Positions 7,599 through 17,043 of a stretch of DNA of 64,000 nucleotides are shown here, one piece after another. Below the pieces are notes generated by a model. It was not told the origin of the DNA. It did not search any database and saw only the letters and a list, made by a program, of their open reading frames with translations. The stretch lies in the sequence record PQ352032.1, one strand, 5' to 3'. Every line of letters begins with the position of its first letter. The first letter of the stretch is position 1. The translations under genes were made by a program, and so were the position numbers. This DNA comes from Enterobacter phage phiT5282EW.

Positions 7599-9719
7599 TT
7601 ACGGCGTCGGGTTGACAGAGATACTGTCAAAGAATACGGAATCCAGCGGCTCATTCGGCGCAAAGCCAGTCAGGACAAAGGCCACGTCGATTTCACGCAG
7701 ATACTCATCATCGCGGGTAGTCGTGCTCACCAGCTCAGTGGTTTCCGTCGATCCCGTGACCTGAGTCGTGCCATGAATGCCCAGCTGGAACGACCACGGC
7801 GCGTATACCACCGTTGTAAAGTAACGCGTTTCAGCGGATAGCCAGTTGGTCTCAGTGCGCACCCAGCGGTCGATTGACGGGTTGAGCGTGACCTGAGCCG
7901 GGAACGGCGAAAACGCCATGTACGGGTTAACTTTCATTTCCCCGGTACGCGCGGTGTTACTCAGCACGGTCTCGTACACAAAGTCACACGACAGCTGAGA
8001 GGTGATATCCGCGCTTGGCGTTGACACGTCAGTGACTGCCGGGCCAGCGATAGGTAGCTGTAATGCGCCTGACGCGATGGCGGCTGTTTGTGTGAACGAT
8101 GGATCGCGGTTATCTTCCCCGGTCATCGGATCGACAAATACGCCTTTCTTCGCCGCACTCTCACGGGTGTTAACGTCCGTCAGCAGGTTCAGCTGGGCAA
8201 TGAGGTCAGTCATGGTGTCCATGCGCTGATTCATGCCTTCCAGATCCGACATTGAGACCATGCGCACAGCGTCGCTGATCACATAGTCCTGATTATGGCC
8301 TGATCCCTGAGGGCCGGAATACCAGGTATGATAGACCTGAGCCAGCGCGAGGACGTTGCTCGGTACCTGCGGATAAATCGGGTTGAAGTCAGACGCAACG
8401 CCGTTAATCCAGCTGAATTTCCCGGTCTCGTCGATAACCAGACGGTCAATACGTGGCAGCTTACTTTCGTAAGAAACCAGAATATCGGTACCAGCGACCG
8501 CGCCAGTGATCTGGAATGCGGTATCAGTGAAGCTGTCCGCCACAGCCAGACCATCGGTGTAGGTATAGATGGCGTGATATTTCTGGCCCACGGCTGGCTC
8601 TTTGGAGCCCGTACCGCTCAGCGACCAGTCAATCTGGTCAGTGATGTCCTGCCCGGTGCTGGTTTTCGCGTACTGCCAGTCAGTGCCCTTGATGTAGACC
8701 ACTTCCGCTGGCGTGCCGCCCGGCCCTGCTGGTACATAGACCTTGCTGATCGCTTTCGCGGTCGGCTGTCCAAGGTTGTCGATACCACCAGCCTGCTGCC
8801 CGCGCGTCAGCTCCTCATCGGTCTGACGGGTGATCACCACTTTGGTGATGCGGTTGATAGGCGGACGGAACACGTCAACAGATTCGGTGCCACCGCCCTT
8901 GGCGTTGTGCGCCTCAGAGTCGATGACTTTCAGATCCGGCGTGAATGCCTGCAACAGACGGCGTGCAGCTGGCAGCGCAATAGCGAAGCCATTAACACGG
9001 GCGCGACCTGCGTCGATGTTGAACACGTACTTTTGCGAGCCCGGATCATCATCCATGCGGGAAACGCGCATACCGCTCACCACATAGTTGGAGCCGTTCG
9101 AGTCCACGTCATACTTGGCGATAGCCTGCGTAACCGCGTCGAGGTTCGGCGGCGGCTCTTTCGCACGCAGCTGACCGTCATCCACGTAGTAGATCGGGAA
9201 GAATTCAGCCCCGGTCGTGCCATCACCCTGCCAGCCCCACGTTGGGATAATTTGCAGACGCTCAGCGCCCGGCTCGTTATAACCACGCGTACCCGCTGCC
9301 GGGTCAAGCAGTGACGGGTCATCAGCGGAGGTAATGATCTTCTGAATCATCCAGACGCCGATAACCACAGTCCCGGTCTTCGAGATTGAGAAGCTGCCCG
9401 GCCCCACACCGCGCATCGCGCCAGCCAGATAAATCGCGCCTGACTCCAGCGTAACTTTCGCCATGGCGGAGTTATTCGGGTCATCATCCAGAATGCAGCG
9501 TGCATCGCGGGAAATGTCGCCGTCCTTAAACAAGGAGTCAGCGATGCTTTTCAGTCGGGCCTGAGAAGCAGATACGATTTCGTTTGCCTCAGCGGACTGG
9601 AAGATGCGCCCGGCGACAAACATCGGTCGGTCGTAGTTCTTCCCGTCTTGCGAGCCATCTAAGATGCGGTCATAGAATCCGTCGAGTGGAATCGTGCCGC
9701 CAGTCACAGGGGTAGACAT
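7599..9719 (-). CDS. large structural (baseplate/tail) protein, unknown
   Basis: 706-aa ORF in baseplate block, tight spacing. Confidence 0.4.
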   Translation of the reverse strand: MSTPVTGGTIPLDGFYDRILDGSQDGKNYDRPMFVAGRIFQSAEANEIVSASQARLKSIADSLFKDGDISRDARCILDDDPNNSAMAKVTLESGAIYLAGAMRGVGPGSFSISKTGTVVIGVWMIQKIITSADDPSLLDPAAGTRGYNEPGAERLQIIPTWGWQGDGTTGAEFFPIYYVDDGQLRAKEPPPNLDAVTQAIAKYDVDSNGSNYVVSGMRVSRMDDDPGSQKYVFNIDAGRARVNGFAIALPAARRLLQAFTPDLKVIDSEAHNAKGGGTESVDVFRPPINRITKVVITRQTDEELTRGQQAGGIDNLGQPTAKAISKVYVPAGPGGTPAEVVYIKGTDWQYAKTSTGQDITDQIDWSLSGTGSKEPAVGQKYHAIYTYTDGLAVADSFTDTAFQITGAVAGTDILVSYESKLPRIDRLVIDETGKFSWINGVASDFNPIYPQVPSNVLALAQVYHTWYSGPQGSGHNQDYVISDAVRMVSMSDLEGMNQRMDTMTDLIAQLNLLTDVNTRESAAKKGVFVDPMTGEDNRDPSFTQTAAIASGALQLPIAGPAVTDVSTPSADITSQLSCDFVYETVLSNTARTGEMKVNPYMAFSPFPAQVTLNPSIDRWVRTETNWLSAETRYFTTVVYAPWSFQLGIHGTTQVTGSTETTELVSTTTRDDEYLREIDVAFVLTGFAPNEPLDSVFFDSISVNPTP

Positions 9720-9730
9720 TCAGGCGCTCC

Positions 9731-10282
9731 TTAGAACTGGATAACGAATTCAAACTGCTGACGGATAGTTTCGGCGCGAGTCAGTTTGTCGATGTACTCA
9801 AGCACCAGCAGCTGTCCCGGCGAGGAATACTCAGCCACAGCGTTAGGCGAGGCAGCAGCCATCAGATAATCCGGGAAATTCGGGTTATAGGCATTCTGCC
9901 CGGCAGGCTGAGCACCCAGCGGTACAGTGTTGATAAACACGCCCAGCTCACGAATTACTGGGTTAGTGCTCGGCGCGTTCGGATCCACAGCTGCGTCTTT
10001 GAAGTCAAACGCAAAGCGCAGGTACAGGAATTTAGTCGGGTTCGTGGTGAATTCAAAACGGTTTCCCGGCACCACGATGGAGCCATTTGGATCCAGTACC
10101 ACATAAGATTTTTGAGTCACCACGCGGCGACCGATTTCCTTCACCAGCCCGGTGGCAGATGCAGGTTCAGTCGGTCGGGAGGCATCCCATGACGGATCGC
10201 CAGAGCCCCACGCACAGTGAATGGTTTGGTTCATGATTGCGGTGGCCACTGCGGCGCGACCAGCTTCCACTAAAATTGCCAT
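9731..10282 (-). CDS. hypothetical structural protein
   Basis: 183-aa ORF in baseplate block. Confidence 0.4.
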   Translation of the reverse strand: MAILVEAGRAAVATAIMNQTIHCAWGSGDPSWDASRPTEPASATGLVKEIGRRVVTQKSYVVLDPNGSIVVPGNRFEFTTNPTKFLYLRFAFDFKDAAVDPNAPSTNPVIRELGVFINTVPLGAQPAGQNAYNPNFPDYLMAAASPNAVAEYSSPGQLLVLEYIDKLTRAETIRQQFEFVIQF

Positions 10283-10326
10283 AAGTCCCTCCTGAGGATT
10301 GGCTCTAGATTAAAGTCACGACGCTG

Positions 10327-11721
10327 TTAAGGTGTCGGGTTAGTTGGGTCAGTCGGGTCGCTGCCGTATAACCAGTCATTACTGGTGTCCCAGTTGTCCG
10401 GGTCTTCCCATGTAGCGCCGCTGATTTTCGTGGCGTAAACCTTCGCCCCGGTGAGCATCCCACTGGCATTGAGGAAGAATTTATTTTCCTCTTTGTAGTG
10501 GTTGGAAAACACCATCCACTCATATGGCTTGCTCCATGTCTGGAAGCCACGCCATGTACCTGCATCGCGCCATGTTTTCAGCGCTTCCGGGTAGGCTTGG
10601 GCGAATTTAACGTTTGATGCACCCAGTCCACCCATCCACGCGGCTACCACATGGGCGTCCGCCGTGTAGCTGAGCAGATGGCTGTCTTTGCCCCATACGC
10701 GGCCCAGCAGGCGCTCTTTTGGCGTCAGCATGGATTGCATGGAAGTGATCGCGGCTTTGTAGTGCATAGCCAGCTCGACCGGAGTATCAAAGCGCATATC
10801 ATCGAGTCGGTAATACTCGTTGAAGGCGATGAAGGCGATGCGCATATCCCAGATACTCGTCCAGATCTCGCCTACCAGCGGATCGTTGACGTAATAACGC
10901 ATACGCGGCTCAGGTGTCATGATGTCAACGCCTGCGGCCTTGTTGCGCTGGATAATCGGGATAATCTTCTCAGTCCAGTCCAGAGGCGGTATTGTCTGGT
11001 AGCTGACGGGCTTAATCAGGAAGTACCCGATTGAGTCCTTGTCATAGAAGCGGCTGGCGCTGTCAAAGCGACCATAGTCGAGGCGGAAAATGTCATTCCA
11101 CGGCTCCTCAATGGTCACATCGTACCCGGTCAGCTCCTTGATCGTGTTCTCAATGGCGATGGCGTTCACGCGGATGCGAAACGCCTCTTTGGGGATCAGA
11201 GCCTGATAGCCATTGTCGCTCATCCCATCCGGGCGAGTGATGCCGAACAGCTTCCCCCAGTAGGCCAGCCAGCTGCCTTCTGCCTGTGTGATGATCATCT
11301 GCCTGAGGGCTTGGGTCACGGCGGCGCGGGCATCCCGGATCATTGTGGCATAGGCACCCATGATCACATGCAGCTCATCGGCAAAACCCATAACCCATGA
11401 CGGCGTAGCCTTCTGCACCAGCGTGCTCCCCTCCAGCATAATGCGGGCGCTGAGCGCTTTACTGTCAGTCTGGAGGTTGAAGATATCGAATCCATCCAAG
11501 GCCAGCTGTGCTGCCAGCTGCTCCACCGTCAGCGCGGTAAGGTCATACGTGTAATCGTATGTGCCACCGGGGAGCAGGTTGATAATCAGTTTTTCTTCGG
11601 CAACGTTCAGGCGCAGGTCTGAGGTTTTGCGTGAAATAGCAAACAGCCGGACTTCCTCGGCGGAGGTATTGAATACGGCGCGGTGCAGGTTACTCAGGAG
11701 GCGCTTTAGCGTTGTTTTCAT
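10327..11721 (-). CDS. hypothetical baseplate protein
   Basis: 464-aa ORF; 4-nt overlap with downstream J-like gene. Confidence 0.4.
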   Translation of the reverse strand: MKTTLKRLLSNLHRAVFNTSAEEVRLFAISRKTSDLRLNVAEEKLIINLLPGGTYDYTYDLTALTVEQLAAQLALDGFDIFNLQTDSKALSARIMLEGSTLVQKATPSWVMGFADELHVIMGAYATMIRDARAAVTQALRQMIITQAEGSWLAYWGKLFGITRPDGMSDNGYQALIPKEAFRIRVNAIAIENTIKELTGYDVTIEEPWNDIFRLDYGRFDSASRFYDKDSIGYFLIKPVSYQTIPPLDWTEKIIPIIQRNKAAGVDIMTPEPRMRYYVNDPLVGEIWTSIWDMRIAFIAFNEYYRLDDMRFDTPVELAMHYKAAITSMQSMLTPKERLLGRVWGKDSHLLSYTADAHVVAAWMGGLGASNVKFAQAYPEALKTWRDAGTWRGFQTWSKPYEWMVFSNHYKEENKFFLNASGMLTGAKVYATKISGATWEDPDNWDTSNDWLYGSDPTDPTNPTP

Positions 11722-12848
11722 GGCAGCACGGTCCCTAAGGTGGAGATAGTCACCTGATCATCGGAGGAGGTCAGCACCTCATTCTGTCCACAGGTGATGT
11801 TGGCGCTCATGGAAACCGTGACTTTTTCAATGCCAGCCACCTGCAATGCCGCTGATTTCACATCGTCCGGTCGCAGAATTTCCCCGGCTTGTACAGATCC
11901 CAGCAGGCTGTAATAGGCATTGCGGATAGATTGCTTGATCGCTGGCGTCAGGGTGTAGCCAGACTGCATCCCGACGAGGAAGGTCATCGGTACGACTCGC
12001 GCCGACATCGCGCCGACATCGGTACGCACGCCAGCAGCTGAGTAACCGGGGATCCTCTCTCCGGTCGTGGGATCCTGATACCCGGTAATAATTTCCTGAG
12101 CGCGGGCCAACAGTGCCGGGCTCGGAGCGCCAAGGTTAGACCAGATGTAAAGATGGTTATAGCCAAGCGTGTAGTCATAGCCGCGTCGGGTGACGAATTC
12201 CACCATCACGCCATTGGAGTCCCTGATCACCGCCGTAGTCAGCGCGTACATCAGGGATTCGTAGGTGCCACGGGAAAGGGATGCAATGTACGACGCAAAG
12301 CGCACCATGCGATCCGCTTCGGTCTCCGCATCGCTGCCCCCGGTGATCTCCGTGTTGGAGATCGTGAAGTCTGCCGGGGCGAAGAAAGGCGAGGCGTTAA
12401 TCTCACCTACGGCAGCATTACCCTTAAAGCCCGGTGATAATGCCTGCACAGGCACGCGGATAGTCGCCTCGGTAATGGGCCATGTCATTTCACCGCTCGA
12501 CGCGTACTGGCGTCCATCCTTCGCCGTGAACACGGTGCCCTTTGGGATAGTAATAGGCTGAGTTAGCGGCTTATTCGTGGTTACAGTGACGAGGCCGGAC
12601 GCATAAGTAGCGCCCAGCAGGACGAAATTAAACGAGCGATAAGTGGCGACCGGGATCGCCTCCAGTAGCCCGTTAAACATTTGGATGTAGAGCTCCTCGA
12701 CCTCTTGGGCGGGAGCCTCAATCAGCGTTCGGGAAACAGAGCCCGGCTGGAGGTCAGTAATTTTAACGGTCGTGCCGCGCACATAGTTGAGCGCCCCGGC
12801 GACGATACTGACAAAGTTTTTGATCTGAAACATGCGCAGGCCCACCAT
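11718..12848 (-). CDS. baseplate J-like (gpJ/gp6 family) wedge protein
   Basis: Size and position; general resemblance to baseplate_J family (inference from motif memory). Confidence 0.45.
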   Translation of the reverse strand: MVGLRMFQIKNFVSIVAGALNYVRGTTVKITDLQPGSVSRTLIEAPAQEVEELYIQMFNGLLEAIPVATYRSFNFVLLGATYASGLVTVTTNKPLTQPITIPKGTVFTAKDGRQYASSGEMTWPITEATIRVPVQALSPGFKGNAAVGEINASPFFAPADFTISNTEITGGSDAETEADRMVRFASYIASLSRGTYESLMYALTTAVIRDSNGVMVEFVTRRGYDYTLGYNHLYIWSNLGAPSPALLARAQEIITGYQDPTTGERIPGYSAAGVRTDVGAMSARVVPMTFLVGMQSGYTLTPAIKQSIRNAYYSLLGSVQAGEILRPDDVKSAALQVAGIEKVTVSMSANITCGQNEVLTSSDDQVTISTLGTVLP

Positions 12849-12884
12849 CAGCAGAATGCCGATAGTGTGCCATCACGACCAGCC

Positions 12885-13502
12885 TCAGACGTCCACCTTG
12901 AGGTCGATAGCTGCGCCAGCGATAGGCGTCAGGTCGGCGCTGATACTCATCGCATCGCCGTTCTGGGTGGCGACCACGCTGTTAACCGAAGCCACGCGGT
13001 AATCAGCTTTCAGTGACGCTTTGACGTAGCCAGCGCCCAGAGTGGTTTTCGTCGGGCCAGTGACCACACCATGCAGGAGGTTCACCTTGCAGCCATATTC
13101 CGGGTGGCGATGAAGCTGCCCGGTCGGCGTGCGGATCCGGTGATTCAGCTGCTGAGTCAGGTTGTCGAGCCCTGCGCATACTGCGAGATCCCCATCCACG
13201 GATTTCAGGCGACGGTTGACCATCAGACAATCGCGTTCGAACAGCTGATCGTAATCGGTCTTGTCGGTGTACACGCCTGCGGGGGCCGGGACGCGGATCA
13301 GGGAGCCATTCAGCAGCACGCCATCCTTCACGGCGGTAGGGTCATCCGTCAGATACGGATAGGTCAGCGAATTGAGCCAGAGCAGCTCAGCCCAGCGATT
13401 TGCGTCGTTGAGCTCGCGTCGGGCCACCGCTTGCAGGTCATCGCCGTATTGGGTCTGTACCAGCCGATAAGACGGCATCTGGCGTTCGAATTCATTAGCC
13501 AT
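12885..13502 (-). CDS. baseplate protein with N-terminal LysM-like region fused to gpW/gp25-like domain
   Basis: N-terminus YRLVQTQYGDDLQAVARRELNDANRWAELLWLN is LysM-like; position beside J-like gene. Confidence 0.45.
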   Translation of the reverse strand: MANEFERQMPSYRLVQTQYGDDLQAVARRELNDANRWAELLWLNSLTYPYLTDDPTAVKDGVLLNGSLIRVPAPAGVYTDKTDYDQLFERDCLMVNRRLKSVDGDLAVCAGLDNLTQQLNHRIRTPTGQLHRHPEYGCKVNLLHGVVTGPTKTTLGAGYVKASLKADYRVASVNSVVATQNGDAMSISADLTPIAGAAIDLKVDV

Positions 13503-14679
13503 TGTAAGAGATCCCGTTATTAATCGTGGTCAGGTGGCGATTGAGCTCAGCCACATCCTTTGGAGCCATTACCGGATCGTTGTTACCCAGCTCAGACACG
13601 GAAGCCGCTGCCGCACTGGACAGCTGTACCGGAGATTTCTGGTTATCCATCAGGGCAAAGGCGTTACTGTCCACATAAAGGCTGCGTGCGCTGCCGCCAG
13701 TCGTTGATGAGCAGTTTGACGCCCCGTACAGGCCATCGTAGTTGTCATAAGTTTTACGCGGCTTGAGGGAGTTTTTAAAGATACATACCACTTCCTGAAA
13801 CGAGCCGGAAACACGCATAAACGCCTGTTTAACATCATCAGGAATATCCGCGATGTTGGACAGCGTGCGGTTGAGGTTTACCCCGACGCGGGCCATATCG
13901 TGCGCGATGCCGATCAGGTCATTCGCGGTACCGTTGATGGCGTTCTGTCCGGTAGCGATAACGCTGTTTACCGTGTTGAAAATGCGGTTTGCGCTTTCGG
14001 TAAAGGCCCGGACGGTTGAGGCAAACGGCGCGATAGCGGCATCTTTCAGGTCAACCGCCTGTTTGATCCAGCCCTCAATATCCTTCCCGTAGCCCTCAAT
14101 GGTGCTTACCACATCGCTCAGCGCTTTCAGACCACCGAAGATAGAGCCAGAGAAGGGAAGGATCATCAGCGGGTTGTCAATGTCGGTATCGACACATTGC
14201 AGGTTCATCGAATACTGGAACAGCAGCGGACGGGAACGGGAGCGGCGCAGCACAAAGTTGGACGGCGAGACCACCCATGTAAAGTTGTTCAGCATATCTA
14301 CGTACAGGAGTTTCACCTGACGGGGATCCTGCCCGTTGTCGATGGCCTGCTGTTTGGCCTGCGGGTACTGGTGCGCGATCAGCTGGTTGAGGGTTTCAAA
14401 CGCCTGCGCACCATCCTCGCCGGAGCCCTGCGCGGTTCTCCAGCCCGTATGCCCGCTGATACTCAGTTTAGGCAGGCCCTCGCCAAACTGATCCTCCCAG
14501 CCCTGCACGCCACGCCCCAGCGTTTGCGTAACGTTGGAGCGTAGAGGTTCCTCGCGCGTAAAGTCTTCCGGGCGCAGCTTGAGCGTTACCGGGGAGTTGA
14601 GCCCGGACGGCGTTTGCAGCACGAAAGCAATTGGCTTTACGCCTGCTCGCTGGTCGGTTGGCCTGCTGCTTAGAAACAT
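13495..14679 (-). CDS. hypothetical baseplate/tail protein
   Basis: 394-aa ORF. Confidence 0.4.
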   Translation of the reverse strand: MFLSSRPTDQRAGVKPIAFVLQTPSGLNSPVTLKLRPEDFTREEPLRSNVTQTLGRGVQGWEDQFGEGLPKLSISGHTGWRTAQGSGEDGAQAFETLNQLIAHQYPQAKQQAIDNGQDPRQVKLLYVDMLNNFTWVVSPSNFVLRRSRSRPLLFQYSMNLQCVDTDIDNPLMILPFSGSIFGGLKALSDVVSTIEGYGKDIEGWIKQAVDLKDAAIAPFASTVRAFTESANRIFNTVNSVIATGQNAINGTANDLIGIAHDMARVGVNLNRTLSNIADIPDDVKQAFMRVSGSFQEVVCIFKNSLKPRKTYDNYDGLYGASNCSSTTGGSARSLYVDSNAFALMDNQKSPVQLSSAAAASVSELGNNDPVMAPKDVAELNRHLTTINNGISYNG

Positions 14680-14690
14680 GGATTATCCCC

Positions 14691-15473
14691 TTACTCCGGT
14701 GTTTTGGTCTTGCTGCCGCCAGACTGGACGCCACCATGAATGTGCCCGATTTGGCTGATATTGCCCGCGATCTGGTCGCCGTCAGATTTCACCATGCCGT
14801 TGGTCGTAATATCGCCATCGACGTGCAGTTTTTGCGTTGCGTGAACCATCGGCGTGTCCAGCAGAATACCGTCACTCGCTTTGATAGTCGCCTGCGTACA
14901 TTCCGCATAGATTTCGTCCTGGGCAATCAGGCGCACTTTACCATCAGGGGTAAAGGTCAGCTCCACCACGCTCCCAGCCATGCCAATGCGGAAATAAGGC
15001 TTTGTTCCGGTGTTCCGGTCAACAGCCAGATTTTTGTCAAAGTTTGCCCCGGCAAAGTCGCGGCGATCCGGTTTGGTACCCATGGTGATGTAAGCGCCGG
15101 AAGGGTGCAGCAGCCCAGTGTTACCTTCTGCGTCGGTGTACCGGATCACGTCAGAGTCAGAGCGCTCAAACTCCAGCCCGTCCTCATCAAAGGTCATCTG
15201 GCTGATCTGCGGGTACAGGAAGCCCGTGACGACCGGGGAGCTCCCGATAAAGTCCACCGTCGCCATGACCTCCTGCCCAGTCTGCTGGCTGATATTCCAC
15301 TTATCCGCCCCACGGTCACGCACGCGGGGGATCTTATTGCTCCCAGTACGCGCTGAGCCTGAGGCAGTCAGCACCTGCACCCCGGAAAAGCGGGCATAGT
15401 TGTCTACCATGATGAGGTCACAGGCGTGGTCTTTGGGATAGCTAGCCACCACAATGGCTTTACGCAGGGCCAT
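14691..15473 (-). CDS. baseplate spike/needle-like protein (gpV/gp45-like, tentative)
   Basis: 260 aa, Gly-rich C-terminus HIHGGVQSGGSK; position between hub-like gene and baseplate. Confidence 0.35.
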   Translation of the reverse strand: MALRKAIVVASYPKDHACDLIMVDNYARFSGVQVLTASGSARTGSNKIPRVRDRGADKWNISQQTGQEVMATVDFIGSSPVVTGFLYPQISQMTFDEDGLEFERSDSDVIRYTDAEGNTGLLHPSGAYITMGTKPDRRDFAGANFDKNLAVDRNTGTKPYFRIGMAGSVVELTFTPDGKVRLIAQDEIYAECTQATIKASDGILLDTPMVHATQKLHVDGDITTNGMVKSDGDQIAGNISQIGHIHGGVQSGGSKTKTPE

Positions 15474-17041
15474 CAGAAAATATCCTTTTTGAGAGAAAAC
15501 AGGGCATCCAGATCCTTCCCGGCGCTGGTCAGGTCATTGCCACGGGTAGCCTGTTCTTTCAGCCATGGGCTTACGCCTCCCCCGGTGCTGCTGACGCGTT
15601 CGGCAAATCCGGTACCGCGTGCAAACTCCAGCGCCGTGCTGTACGAGTTGTACGGGATGAAATTATCCTGCACGCTCATGATGTAGGCGCTCCATGTGAT
15701 TTTCCCATCCAGCACGGTGAGGTAATCACCGCTGCGTAGCGCATCGGTCGAGTTATCCCGCGTCGGGCCACCCTTCATTGACAGTGCGCCAAACTCCAGC
15801 ACCACGTTATCTTTATTGGATTGGATCATGATGTCACGGCGATCCTTAATCCAGTCCAGCATGTAGCCGCTGCGCTGCTCCTGAGGGTTCTGCTCCAGTC
15901 CGCTGGAAACGCTGGTCACATCGTCAGGGCTCATCACGGAATCCGCGTACATGGCACGCACGCCATAGTATTTCTTCGCCGTGTTCGGGTATTCCATGGT
16001 CTGCTGAGTACCGCCAGCCATGATGGCCTCAACCTTGCGATAAATGTCATCGACCATCGCAAAGCGGTTATTCGTCACCCAGTAATAGTTATAAACGCTC
16101 GAATCGTTGCGCGTCTGGCGGATATCGGAGATATAGCCATCTGGTACCGTTCCGTTTTTCGGCGGCTGCGGCAGGTTCTGAATGGCTCGCCCGGTCATCA
16201 GGTCAATTGCTGGTACCGGACGCCAGACGAGGTATACGCCATCCTCGCGGTCTTCAATAAAAAGCTCATTCCATACGCCCACATCCAGATACTGCTTCAT
16301 GAGGTCGTATACTGAGCCCTCCTGATTCATCCAGCTGTCAGACACTGAGCCTGAGGCTTGCAGATCAGGCTTGATGACGCGCGGCACGCCGTTATTTTGC
16401 GGCAGCAGGGTATCAAGCAGCGGGTTAATGGCTTTGTCCAGCAGCAGGTTGATGAATTCAGCCCCGGTGATGACGTTCTTCACGTTGCCACCAAACTGCT
16501 CGAAGAAATTCCACCCGGTCAGCAGCGGTGCCGATCCGTCATAGCTTGGGATGTAGAGCAGCTGGAATGACTGGAGGATCTTGCCGTAATCCTGCCCGCT
16601 CACCACCACCGTGCGCATCGGCTTGCCATCCTTGCCCATCTGGCGACCACGGCTGATCTCGCTGACGAATCCGCGCATCTTAATCGGCAGGGGATTCGGG
16701 CATGGGCCGATCCCGTTCCACATGCGGATCTCTACCACGTCCATTGGCTCTACGAGCCCATAAATGGACTCCAGCCCGGCGCGGTCGAGTACCGGGCCCA
16801 TGTTCTGCCCGGACACGTTCGGCTTGTCTGAGAAGCTCAGGGAGAAGGTACCGCAGGGTTGCCCGATGTTCTTCGTGGTGCTGATACTTGTCCCATCGCC
16901 AAAAAACGGCGTCAGGTCAATGTATGCCTCTTTGTTGGCGTAGCGCTCAGAAGTAGGAAGGCCAGCCTCTCTTGGCTGGCGCATTATGGACTTGTACAGG
17001 CGCACGCTGATCTTCGGCGTGGCAACGATAACTTTTGGCAT
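15473..17041 (-). CDS. hypothetical tail/baseplate hub protein
   Basis: 522-aa ORF immediately downstream of tape measure. Confidence 0.4.
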   Translation of the reverse strand: MPKVIVATPKISVRLYKSIMRQPREAGLPTSERYANKEAYIDLTPFFGDGTSISTTKNIGQPCGTFSLSFSDKPNVSGQNMGPVLDRAGLESIYGLVEPMDVVEIRMWNGIGPCPNPLPIKMRGFVSEISRGRQMGKDGKPMRTVVVSGQDYGKILQSFQLLYIPSYDGSAPLLTGWNFFEQFGGNVKNVITGAEFINLLLDKAINPLLDTLLPQNNGVPRVIKPDLQASGSVSDSWMNQEGSVYDLMKQYLDVGVWNELFIEDREDGVYLVWRPVPAIDLMTGRAIQNLPQPPKNGTVPDGYISDIRQTRNDSSVYNYYWVTNNRFAMVDDIYRKVEAIMAGGTQQTMEYPNTAKKYYGVRAMYADSVMSPDDVTSVSSGLEQNPQEQRSGYMLDWIKDRRDIMIQSNKDNVVLEFGALSMKGGPTRDNSTDALRSGDYLTVLDGKITWSAYIMSVQDNFIPYNSYSTALEFARGTGFAERVSSTGGGVSPWLKEQATRGNDLTSAGKDLDALFSLKKDIF

Positions 17042-17043
17042 TC